From: Fonticula alba ATCC 38817 | Lineage: Eukaryota > Protista > Nucleariida | Direction: 5' to 3' (one strand) | DNA: 49,335 nt | Assembly: GCA_000388065.2 (NCBI GenBank) | Contig: KB932202.1 | In this document: in pieces, positions 1 through 11,026 of the stretch | Position numbering within the stretch: the stretch's first letter is position 1 | Layout: every line of letters begins with the position of its first letter | Translations under genes and position numbers: made by a program | Notes under the pieces: model-generated | Told to the model about the DNA's origin: nothing | What the model saw: the letters and a program-made list of their open reading frames with translations, nothing else | The model's database searches: none

Positions 1-1717
1 GCAGGTCCCGGGCCCCGGGCGCGCGCCCTCCTCCCCCAAGGGGCATGTGCGTCGGGCGGCCGGGCGGCCGGGCGGGGATGCGCGGCCGCCTCCGCAAGCC
101 TCCCGGGCGGCAGTACCCCTGACGCGCGGGGAAATGCCAGCCGGCGGGCTTCCGCGCGCCCGGGGCGAGCCCAAGGGGCGGCCGGCGGCGGAAGAATGCC
201 CCGGCCCCTCGAGGGCCGACGAGCGCGCAGGGAGGCGAGCCGGGGCCGGCGGCCGAGCGATCGGCCACTCGCCGGCGCGCGCCTCTCGGTGCGATGGGCG
301 GCAAGTTAATAGGCCCCGCGCGACGCGCCGTGCGCGCGCCGGGCCGGATGACGAAGATCACTAGGGCCGGGCATTCTCCCCCATGGCCGAGATCCCGGCG
401 CGGGGCGAGCCGGGGCGAAGCGGCCAGCCGGCCCCGGGCGAAGCCCGGCCGATCGCCGTGGCGAAGGCGCCGCAGGGAGATCGCCCCGGGCCGGGCCCGG
501 CACCGGCCGGCAGCCGGCCGCCCGGGGGCCGGAACGTGTGCGTGCGTATATGTCGTGCGCGCGGCCAGGGGCCATCGGCCGGTCGTGTGAGCCGGGGGGC
601 AGACCGGCGCAGGCCGACCCGCGGTTCCCGCACCCGCCGGCCCCTGGTGTGGTGCGAGAACGCCGCCCGGCCGGGGTCCATGGGGCCCGACGACACGGGG
701 TGGGAAGGGGGGGAGGGGGGGGGGGCCGGCCGGCCGGCCGGCCGGCTGGCCGTGCGCGCCACCGGGCAGGCCTCGCGATACCAGCGCGCCGGGCAAATAT
801 GGGGCAATATACCCAGCAGGGCCTCTAATAAAAAGAGCACCATTTTCCGGCCGTCCGCCGGTTCCTCCTCCCCCCGGCGGCGCCATTCGACCCATTGCGC
901 ACTCGGGCCGGCCCGGAGGGGGAGGCCGGGCCGTCGGCGCGCGGGCGCGCATCTCCGTCCCTCGGGTCGGATCTTGGGCCCGGCCGCGCGCGCGCGCGCG
1001 CCCCATCGCCGCCCGGGGCCCGGGTTGTGCCCGAGCCGACGGCGGCGCCGGCCGAGCCGGCGGTCGTGTGGTCGTGCGTGTGTGTGTGCTGTGGAGGAGG
1101 CGGACCCGAGGTGGCCCGGGCGCAACTGCCCACACTTCTCCACGGTGCCGCCGGTGCGTGGGCGCGCGCTGTGCGACCGGGCGCATACATGTGCTCGCCT
1201 TCGCCCGGTCGGCCTGTCGGCTCGACCGCCCCAGGCCAAGGTCGCCGAGCCCCCTCGCCAAGAGGGCCCGCCGGGCCAAGGGAATGCCCCCGCTCCGCGC
1301 GTGTCCCCCTCTCTGCCCCCCGGGGGGGGGGGGGGGAACGCCGCCGCCGCCGCCGCCGCCAGGGGCCGCACATTCTCCCGCGGCACCGGGCCCGGGATTG
1401 GGACTGACACCGTGCGCGCGCGCGCGCGCCGGGCCCGGCCCCGAGCTACCCCGGACCCGCGACGCGACACAGCACGGGGGGGAGGGGGCGCCCGCCAGGC
1501 GTGGCGGTTGGCCCCTCCTCCCCGGCTGCCCCCGGCGGGCTGCCCCCGGTTGCCCCCGGTTGCCCCGGGGCCCCCTCCAGCCAGGTCCCTGGTCCCCGGG
1601 AGGACCGGCCCGCACGCCGGGCCACTAGACGCGCGCTTCGTATGTGCGCGGGCGCTGGGCCGGCCGCAGGACGCCCCTCCCCCCCCTCCCGGCGGCCCTC
1701 CGCCGTGGGGCCGCCTG

Positions 1718-1719
<2 letters not shown>

Positions 1720-1799
<80 letters not shown>
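1720..1799. repeat. (TG)n microsatellite, about 40 units, one TA interruption
   Basis: Direct reading of the sequence. Confidence 0.97.
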
Positions 1800-1803
<4 letters not shown>

Positions 1804-1951
1804 CCCGCACCCGGGTGCGTCTGGGAGAGGGGAGCCCCGGCCCGGGACAGGGGGAACGGCCCGGGCGCTGTCCCGTAACCTCCCCCGCGCCATGCGCCGG
1901 GGCGTGGCCCGGGGCCATCGCGTCGCCGCCCGCGGCGTCCCCCCCCCCCCC

Positions 1952-1960
1952 TATAAGAAG
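1952..1960 (+). promoter_or_regulatory. Candidate TATA box (TATAAGAAG) for the peroxidase gene
   Basis: Isolated AT-rich element in very GC-rich DNA, upstream of the ATG at 2515. The distance is uncertain because an N gap intervenes. Confidence 0.3.
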
Positions 1961-2020
1961 GGGTGCCCAGGCTGACCGGCTTCCAAGCGAGCGGCACCTT
2001 CTTTCTCGTGACAGTTCCCC

Positions 2021-2496
2021 NNNNNNNNNNNNNNNNNNNNNNNNNNNNNNNNNNNNNNNNNNNNNNNNNNNNNNNNNNNNNNNNNNNNNNNNNNNNNNNN
2101 NNNNNNNNNNNNNNNNNNNNNNNNNNNNNNNNNNNNNNNNNNNNNNNNNNNNNNNNNNNNNNNNNNNNNNNNNNNNNNNNNNNNNNNNNNNNNNNNNNNN
2201 NNNNNNNNNNNNNNNNNNNNNNNNNNNNNNNNNNNNNNNNNNNNNNNNNNNNNNNNNNNNNNNNNNNNNNNNNNNNNNNNNNNNNNNNNNNNNNNNNNNN
2301 NNNNNNNNNNNNNNNNNNNNNNNNNNNNNNNNNNNNNNNNNNNNNNNNNNNNNNNNNNNNNNNNNNNNNNNNNNNNNNNNNNNNNNNNNNNNNNNNNNNN
2401 NNNNNNNNNNNNNNNNNNNNNNNNNNNNNNNNNNNNNNNNNNNNNNNNNNNNNNNNNNNNNNNNNNNNNNNNNNNNNNNNNNNNNNNNNNNNNNNN
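2021..2496. other. Assembly gap (476 N)
   Basis: N run. Confidence 1.
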
Positions 2497-2514
2497 CCCA
2501 CCTACCCACCTACC

Positions 2515-5094
2515 ATGGTCTCCTACAGCAAGATGAGCCCCGGTCGGCCGGCGGCTCTGCTGGCCCTGCTGCTGATGGCCCTCATCAGCACGGCGCACGC
2601 CTTCACCTGCCCGATCCTCTTCTCCCTGCGCCAGTCGGCCATCGACTCCAACAACCCCAAGAGCGTGCTCGGCTACAACGGCGCCATCAAGGCCCTGGGC
2701 TGCTGCAACTCCGGGCACTCCTGGAAGGCCCCCCACTGCCAGGCCAACAGCGGCCCGGTGTGCGGCTACGACTTCGAGACCTACCCGAATGCCTGCGACC
2801 TGGGCGCCTGCCGGTCCGGTGTCCAGTTCACCGGCGCCTGCAAGCCCCAGCCCCATGTGCTGGACTGGTGCTCGGCTACAACGGCGCCATCAAGGCCCTG
2901 GGCTGCTGCAACTCCGGGCACTCCTGGAAGGCCCCCCACTGCCAGGCCAACAGCGGCCCGGTGTGCGGCTACGACTTCGAGACCTACCCGAATGCCTGCG
3001 ACCTGGGCGCCTGCCGGTCCGGTGTCCAGTTCACCGGCGCCTGCAAGCCCCAGCCCCATGTGCTGGACTGCTACATGGTCCCGCTGGACCAGATGGCCCA
3101 GCGGGCGGCCTGCTTCCAGGCGGCCCTCATGCGCATCATCCAGAGCGTGGACCTCAACAACACGCCGCCGGATCCGGAATGGCGCCTGGCCCAGCCCTGC
3201 GTCGTCCCCGGCCAGTATGACCTGACCCAGTGGCGCACGGCCGATGGCCGGTGCAACAACCCCACCCCGGAGCGCTCGTACTCCGGCATGACCGGGCTCT
3301 ACTTCATTCGCCACGACAAGACCCGGTTCATGCCGGCCAACGTGGACCTGGCCGTGGCGTCCGGGCCCAACCCCCGGCTGGTGAGCAACCTGCTCTTCAA
3401 GCGCAAGACCTTCACCCCCAACCCGGTGGGCCTCAGCGGCCTGGCCATGGCCTTCTTGAACTTCTTCATCCACGACTTCTTCCTGCCGGAGGTCGACTGG
3501 GCCGACATGCTGGCCATCCCCATCCCGCCCAATGACCCGGTGTACCCCTACAGCGAGTGGTCCGGCGAGGAGCACTACATGTACCTGCCCAAGACCCGGG
3601 TCCATGCCGATGGCACCGTCCGCAACCAGGTGACCGCCTGGTTCGATGGGTCCCAGGTGTATGGCTCGACCCAGTCTCGCATGGACTCCCTGCGTACCTT
3701 CCAGGGGGGCCGGATGCTGGCAGATCGGAAGAGCGTCGTGGCACTACATGTACCTGCCCAAGACCCGGGTCCATGCCGATGGCACCGTCCGCAACCAGGT
3801 GACCGCCTGGTTCGATGGGTCCCAGGTGTATGGCTCGACCCAGTCTCGCATGGACTCCCTGCGTACCTTCCAGGGGGGCCGGATGCTGGCCGACCCGGTG
3901 ACCGGCTTCGCGCCGGACGAGCCGGCCTCCGGCAACCGCCGCCGGCGCAACCCCAACCACCCGGCCCTCTTCCTGCTGGGTGACGACCGTGGCAACCAGC
4001 ATGCCGGTCTGACGGCCATGCACCTGCTCTTCGTCAATGAGCACAACAATGTGGCCGCCATGCTGGAAGCCGCCTATCCCCACCTGTCGGATGAGGAGCT
4101 CTTCCAGCGGGCGCGCCTCATCGTCGGTGCGGAGCTCTTCAAGATCCAGACCATCGAGATGTCCACCCAGCTGGTGGCCGACATCCCGTCGCAGCTGCTG
4201 GTGGCCTCCCTCTGGAGCGGCTACGCCACCAAGGAGTACAATGAGCTGGCCATCCATGCCACCCCCTTCGACTTCAATGCCGCCTACCGGTTCCATGCCA
4301 TGGTGCCGGAGACCCTGCAGCTGCGCGACCGCAATGGCACCCCCCTCGGCGACCGGGTCAACTACATCGACACCTTCCACAACACCACCCTCCTTCGGCA
4401 GTATGGCTATGGCCCGGTGCTCATCGGTCTGGCCTCCGAGGTGGCCGGCAAGCTGACCTTCAACAATGTGCCGGATGCCATCCGCAACATCCGCCACACG
4501 GATGTCACCTACTCCCGGTCGACCCCCTTCGGCGGGTACTTCGGCCCGAGCCTCGGCTCCAGCTCCAGGTCCAAGTGCGTGGTCCAGCCCTTCCTGGACA
4601 TCGGCACCGTGGATGTGGTCCGTGATCGCGAGCGCGGCGTGCCCCGTGCCAATGACTACTACGCCCGCATCGGCCTGCCGGAGCTTCGCGCCACGCACTT
4701 CGGCCAGATTGCCCCCACCCCGGAGGGGGCCCGCGCCGTGGCCGACCTCTACGACTGGGACATCAACAATGTGGACTTCATTGTCGGCCTGCTGGGCTTC
4801 GACTCCACCGAGCTCGATGGCATTCCCATCATCTCCACGGCCGGCTTCCTGCCCTTCGTCTACTCGCGCAACACCCACGATCGCTTCTACACCAAGGACT
4901 GGCTCACCCCCAGCGTCTACACCCAGGCCGGCTTCGATCGCCTCATGGGTACCTCCACCAACCCCGGCGGTGTCACCCTCGCCCAGATCATGGTCGAGGC
5001 TGGCGTCCTCGACCAGGCCCCGGCCAACAACGGTGTCCACTTTGCCACCCGCCTGCCCGGGCTCGAGGTGTTCAAGGTCTGGAAGTGGGACTAA
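2515..5094 (+). CDS. Secreted heme peroxidase/fatty-acid dioxygenase (peroxidase-cyclooxygenase superfamily) with N-terminal Kazal domain; 735 aa after removing two artefactual duplications; intronless
   Basis: Signal peptide (AALLALLLMALISTAHA). Kazal motif CQANSGPVCGYDFETYPNAC..C..GAC. Family motifs RTADGRCNNP, FFIHD (distal His), TAWFDGSQVYG, LGDDRGNQ, AYRFH (proximal His) and RDRERGVP. Removing 203 nt and 169 nt leaves 2208 nt, one open frame of 736 codons. Confidence 0.92.
2665..3070 (+). repeat. Exact 203-bp tandem duplication (2665-2867 = 2868-3070), frameshifting, probable assembly artefact
   Basis: The copies read as identical base by base; 203 is not a multiple of 3. Confidence 0.93.
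3572..3890 (+). repeat. Exact 150-bp direct duplication (3572-3721 = 3741-3890) separated by an Illumina adapter
   Basis: Identical copies flank AGATCGGAAGAGCGTCGTG. Confidence 0.95.
3722..3740 (+). other. Illumina TruSeq adapter contamination
   Basis: AGATCGGAAGAGCGTCGTG is the start of the standard Illumina read-through adapter. Confidence 0.97.
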
Positions 5095-7029
5095 GGGGGT
5101 CCCGGGCCGGGGGCAGGAGAGCCTCCTCTCCTTCCCTGTTCCTCCCCCCCTCCCCCCTCCGCGCCTCTCTGTCCTTTGTCCGGGGGGCGCACCAGGCGCG
5201 TCGCTCCTCTACCGTGTGTGGTGTGCCGGCGGCGCCCGTGTGTGTCCCCCTCCTTGTGTGTGGTTTTCTCTCGTATCTTGCGCATGTGTCCTGTCGCGTT
5301 CGCTTCCTCCCTCCCCCGCCCGCGCGCCCTTCGCCGGTCGGGGCGGGGGGGGGGGGGAGAAGTCGGCAGCGCCCCGTGCGCGTGTTGTTGTCCCGTTGGG
5401 CGAGCGTGCGCACGCGGCGCGCCACCAACGCCCTCTCCTTCCAGTTTCCCCTGGGGAGGGTCCTGGCGCGCGCCCCTCCGCTCCCCCTCTCTCTCTTTCT
5501 CTCTCTCCCCCGCGCCTCTGATGGCCCTCCCTCCAAGGGTGCACGTGTGCGCATCCCTTCCTCTCTCCTTCTCGCAGGGACGCCGTGCGGATGGGGGAGG
5601 GAGCGGGGGATGGCGCGTGCGTGCCCCCCGGGGGCTGCGCGTCAAATACACCTACCTTTTTGCTACCCTCCCTGTTCTGGTGTGCTGCTTGTGTCCCTGC
5701 TGCTTGCCGCGCGGGCTCTGATGTCTCTGTGTGTGTGTGTGTGTGTCTTCGTCGCTTGCCCTGGGCCCTCGTGTTATGTCTGCTCTGCCCCGGCTGGGAC
5801 CTTTGGGCGGGGGCGGGGGGGGGGGGGCCTCAGCGCGGGGTGTGTCTGTGTGTGTGGGCCTGGGGCGTGCCATGTGCAGCGCGGTGTTTTGAAGGCGCAA
5901 GGGGCTGCCCCGCTTTGGGCGGCGAGACGCGCGCGCGCCCTGCCCCCTCCCCACGCCCCCCCCCCCCCGCCCCCCTCCCCCCGCCCCCCTCCCCACGCCC
6001 CCCTCATCCGGGCTCTGGACCGGGCGGCCGCCGGTCCAGCTATGCGCCGGCCGAGGGGAAGGCCCCGGCCGAGGGGAGGGTGTAGCCTGGCGCGCAGGCC
6101 GGCGCGTCGGCCGAAGGAAGAAGCAAAAAGGGCATGCCGCATTCCGGCCTCCCGGAGGCCTTGGATACCCGGGGCGCCGGGGCCGGCCAGCTGCCGCGGT
6201 ACCCGGTCTTGCCTGTGCACGGGGCGCCCCGCGCGCCCCGGCCGCATCGCTCGCGATGGAGGCGTCCCGAACCGGAGAACGACCATGCATGGGGACAACC
6301 CCGGAGCTGCCGGCCCGGCCCCTGACGAGGCACGTCCCGGCCGGCGGCCGCCTGGCCGGGCCAGGAGGAGGCATTTCACAGCCGCGCCGTGCTCGGGCGT
6401 GTTGCCTTGTATTTTTGCCTCCTCCCTGGGAGGAGCCAGACCAGCAGGGAGGACGGCAGGGGGACGGGCGGCGCGCGGCGGCGGGAAAGCCCCGCCTAGG
6501 ATGCCGGTGGGCCGGCCTGTGCGGATCCGGTGCCGTCGCCCACGAGGCCCAGACGGAAGGAGCCGGCGCCCGATGGCCGTTCCCGGGAATGCGCATGGCT
6601 CCAGCCGCCCAGACCGGCGGACTGAATTAAGCTCCGGGCGTCCATTAAGCACGTGAACTCATGTGGCAAGGCGAGATCAGCACCCCCCGATGTTGGTCCC
6701 CGGGCATCCGCCCGTCGAGGCGGCCCCAGCCCTGTTCCCCTGCTGCCCACCGTCCCCCGGAGAGGCCAACGCCGACGGGGCCCCGTGGACCATGCCCACA
6801 TCCCCGCACATACATCCACGCATGAGAATCTCCGCCGGTCCCTCCCTTGTCCCCCCCCCCCAACTCTGGCAGGTTGGCCCAAGACGCAAATGTGCAGGAA
6901 AAAAAAAACAAAACAAAAAGCTCACCAGACCCAATGGGTGTATCTTGGCTCGGGGCTGCCCGCGAGAGTGGCTTTCACAGAGCGCCTTGTCTCTGCCCCT
7001 CGCAGGTTTGGGACCGGCCCGGGCGGCTG

Positions 7030-9492
7030 TCATTGCGGCGAACGCTGGCCGGCGGCCGGCTGTGGGCGCCGGTGGCCGCCGCGGCCCGATGCATTGTCCC
7101 GGCCGGCGCGCTGGCCGCCGCCATGCTGGCCGCTGGCCGGAGCACCGGGCCGGCGGTCTTGCTGCTCACGCGTGGGCCTGTTTCTCTGCCCATCGGCCAG
7201 ATGCTTCTGCTGGTAGGCAGCGCGGTAGCGCAGGAACAGCTCCACCAGGACCACCGCATCGTTGACCGCGTAGTCCACCTGAGCAGGATGCATGTCCTCC
7301 TTCCAGAGGCTCCAGTCGGCCATGGTCCAAGAGCTGTCCAGCAGCACGCCAAAGCAGAATGCCACCATGCCCTTGAGACCTTTGAGGCCTTTCGAGTCGG
7401 AAATCCCTGGGAAGGGATGCCCCCAATCGCGCAAGGGGGCCGGCACGGTGTGCATGTGCCCGGCATACTCCGGCGGGATGTCCGCCGGATAGCCCCCCAA
7501 GCTGGGGCGGTGCTGTGTGCTGGGCTTTTTGTTGTCCGAAGGCTGCGTCGGATGGTCCGCCAAGTCGATGAAGGACGGCATGTCCCCAGGCATTTGGAGA
7601 TAGCTGGCCAGTGGGACCACATCGCTCGAGTAGTTGTAAACAAGGTTCACCCACGACCGGTGCTGGTCATGCACCGTGAGGTACTCCCGCAAGCAGGCAG
7701 TCGCCAAGTCCGGGTGCTTGGCCATGCTGAAGAGGAAGACCACCGAGCGCCGGAGTGCCGCGGCGACACCGTGCCAAGTCAGCCGGCCAAGCGCTTCGGC
7801 CGGCAGCGGCGTCAGGCACACCTGCACCAGTGCCGGCACCTTGGACTGGGCGTTCGGGATGGACTCGGTGTCGAGGGCCGAGATGCCTCCCTGGCGGTGG
7901 AGCATGGCGCAGAATGCCTCGGCCGCGGCAGGCGTATCGACCCACACGACCTGCACACCGGCCGGGCGCTCGTACATTGGGTACTCCGGGCCCGCGGTGG
8001 CGGCCACGGGGTGCGGTTCGATGCCGACCTGGCGGATGGCATAATGCAGCAAATTGATGCTTGCCAGGTTCGTGAATGCCACCGGCCGCCAGCCGACCGA
8101 GCGAAGGGGCTTGTAACTTTGGGACCAGACAGTGAGACTGAAGGAATCCCGCTGCAGTTTCTTCTTCATCTTCTCAATGTCCCAATAATCATTCATGAGG
8201 CCCAGCAGGGGGATGCCTGAGTAGGGTGCTTGTGTCTGTCAGCAATCGGTCACCGGTGTATGTATGTGCATGTGCATGTGCATGTGCGTGCGTGCGTGCG
8301 TGTGTCTTCTTCCGTGCCCATCCCCTCCCTCTGGTCGTCCATGTTTCTGTTTCACTCGGCAGGGCAGATGTGTCTCGCCGGGGCGGAGGATGCCGGTGAC
8401 CCGGCGAAGCGGCATGGCCTGGGCCCGGAGGCGGGGAACGCACAGCAACGAACAAAGTAGCTAGCACCCACGAAGAAAGGCATGAATGGCTCAATCGCAA
8501 GGGCATCGCGGATCACCATGTCGAGCTCGTCATCCAAGATGCCGGACACCTTATACTTGGCCATGTGCCTGTCAAAGGGCATCTCAAGCTCCTTGTCCAG
8601 GGCCATCAGCCGCGCGCCGAGCTCCCAGGCCGGGTTCTCGGCCAAGACGCCGAAGGACACCACCACCGCCGCCAGGGCCTGGGGCAGCGGCGAGAGGGGG
8701 GAGGGGCGGCGAAAGGCAAGGCGGCACAGCCGAAGGTCAGACCGCGCAAGCTTCCCACAAGCAGAGGGGCAAGGGAATAGGGGGGAATTTTTCGGCACCC
8801 AGGCGCCCCGGGAGCGTACTAGCATGTTGGCGCGATCGAAGCGCGAGTGTTGATCATAGCCACCAAAGAAGGCATTGAGGTCACTCTCCACAGGGACGGT
8901 CCCCTTGTTCATAAAGTCAAGGACTGGGTGACAGCGGGTGGCGATGGGCGGCCCCCTCGCAGGAAGTTAGCAAAGTGCGGGACAACGGCATACAGGGGGA
9001 TCTTACGGGCGCGGCCCTTGGAAATCGGCCCCGGCGCCTCCTCGAGTGGGGGTCACGACTGGAGGGCCGGCGGCGATGCCTGCCAGGGCCGAGCCCTTTT
9101 GCTCTCGCCCCCCCCACGTCCCCCCCCCCCCGCCTCCCGAAAGCGACGCACAAGAGCGGCCGCGACCCGGCGCAAACGCACCCATGGTGGCAACCTGTCC
9201 GTAAGAGGCCTTCTTGATCCGCTTGTCAGCGATGGTATACTGGGTGTAGAGGTAGTCCAGCAGCCTCTTCTTGGCGTGGGTGGTGGGAGTTCACGGGAAG
9301 ATGGATGACCGCTCTTCGGGCATGGTCACCCGGGAGCCCTCCTGGCTGGAGGCATGTTCGGCAGGCGAGAGAGTCTGCACATGGTGTGGCAGGGCAAGTC
9401 AGGCCAATGGCTGGGCGAAGGACAAGGGAGTAGGGCAGTTGACTCATGCTGCTGTCGGGGGTGGACAGCAGTCTGCCATTTCGACGGACCAT
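7030..9492 (-). CDS. Paralog A: DEDDy 3'-5' exonuclease (WRN-exo/Mut-7/EXD-like) with unknown N-terminal domain, about 538 aa, 5 exons (9490-9492, 9182-9269, 8820-8923, 8444-8678, 7030-8216)
   Basis: ExoI SALDTES, ExoII YNYSSD, GLKGMVAFCFG, ADW and ExoIII AQVDYAVNDA are all present. The GT-AG introns join into one open frame of 1617 nt. The exon 5 and exon 3/4 boundaries are firmer than exons 1-2. Confidence 0.88.
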
Positions 9493-10890
9493 GGGGTTTC
9501 GCTGATGTGGTGGAGGTTCTGGTAAAAAGGAGAGGGCGGGCGAAAGGCGGGGGTGACTGTGCGGCAGGCAGACCAGATGCCATCCAGGTGACTTTTATTT
9601 GTGTGCGAGGGGACCAGCGCTGGGACCGGCACTGGGGCCGGGGGCGGGGGGAAACGAATGTCGTCCGGCCAGCCTTGGGGTGGGGAGCCGCGCAGCTGGC
9701 CTGGGCATGCCGGCGGCGCCCTCTGCGGCGACCCAGACGCGCTTGCGGACCCGCAGGGCGTCGCCCCGCGCTTGCGGACCAATGCCAATGCGAGTTGGCC
9801 GCGCCGGCCCGGCCGGCCCCGCCCTAACACGGGCCGCCAACTTCGATGGGTCTTGGTGGAAGGACACGCACAGCGGCGTGCACCCTCCACCGGGGGAGAC
9901 CACCCCCGCCCCCTCGCCTTCTGTTCTGGCGGCCCTCCCGCGTCCGCCGGCAGGGCGAAGAGTGGCCCCAGGCCCACAGGGGCAAGTGTCGTTGCATCAT
10001 CTTCGACGGAAGGCCCGGCCACCACTCCCTGTGCTCCGGCGCAGGGGAAGCCTGCCCCTCGGGGGCGAGCCGCGCCGGGCGTGTTTTCAAATTGGCCTCA
10101 TCTGGTTCGTTGGGAGCACAGGCCCCGGGTGGCTCCCCGGGACGGGCGCGCCCGGCGTCCCGAGCCGGGTTCACGAGCGCCTCCGAATGGGGGGGCTCCA
10201 CAATGCCGGCGCAAGAAAGCGGGCGCCGTGCACGGCGGCAGCCAGGCGGCGGGGCCAGCCCGGCCAAAAGCTCGCCCCAGGTCGGGGCACGCCCGCCGGG
10301 GGAGCCCGGCTCGCCGGACACCACCCGGCCTCTGCGGAAGGCAGGACCACGGACACCGGAGAGGGCAGGTGCCGCGCCGCCGGGGAATCCTCGCGCCTGC
10401 TGCCCCTTGCGATGGCCGGGCGCGGCCGTCTGGGCCGGGCACCACGCGCCTGTGCGAGCGTCGCCCCTTCCCGGCGGGGGCCTGATGGCGGAGTCCCCCG
10501 TGTCGGGCGTGCCTCTCTATGCTGCGCCCTGCCCGGCACGGGGCACAGACCTGCACCCCTGGCCGCTCTCCGGCTCATGACGCACGGCCACCCGTGCCGC
10601 ACAGACCCCAGCGCTGTGGCAGTCCCTGCCTCAGGCCCGGAAGGGGAGGGGGCGTTACGCAAGCTTCACTTCGACCTCCCAGCCCAGGCCGCCCCCTCCC
10701 GCGCGCGCGCGCACACCGCTTTTGCCCACCGGCCGGATGGGGCGCCCCAAAAAAAAGGCCCGCCGCATGACCTGCAGCCACGCCAAGCCCTTGCCCTCCC
10801 CCGCTCCCCTGCCCCGGGCCTGCGCCCGCCTCGCTCCGTGGCCACGCAGGGCCGCCCACTGCTCCGGCTGCCAGCTCCTCCGCGCGTGCC

Positions 10891-10954
10891 GCACGCCCAG
10901 CCAAGGCCGACGCCCGGCCGCACGCCCAGCCAAGGCCGACGCCCGGCCGCACGC
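10891..10954. repeat. 29-bp tandem repeat, 2.2 copies (GCACGCCCAGCCAAGGCCGACGCCCGGCC)
   Basis: Direct reading; no spacers. Confidence 0.9.
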
Positions 10955-11026
10955 GCCTTCCCATCAGGCGGACGCGCACCAGGAAAGAGCAAAAGCCGAG
11001 GAATAAAAAGAGCAAGGGGGTCCCGT

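Noticed and set aside
47-1975. Overlapping 100-530 aa ORFs at the window start
   Set aside because: Very GC-rich low-complexity upstream DNA that reads through microsatellites (HT and VC repeats); no coding signal.
2737-3045. Two Kazal domains in the peroxidase
   Set aside because: The second copy is nucleotide-identical and out of frame; it is the 203-bp duplication.
9291-9293. In-frame TGA upstream of paralog A exon 2, suggesting selenocysteine or readthrough
   Set aside because: It falls inside intron 1 (9270-9489) once the ATG|GT first exon shared by the family is used.
10891-10954. 29-bp direct repeat as a CRISPR array
   Set aside because: Head-to-tail copies with no spacers, no cas genes and a eukaryotic context.
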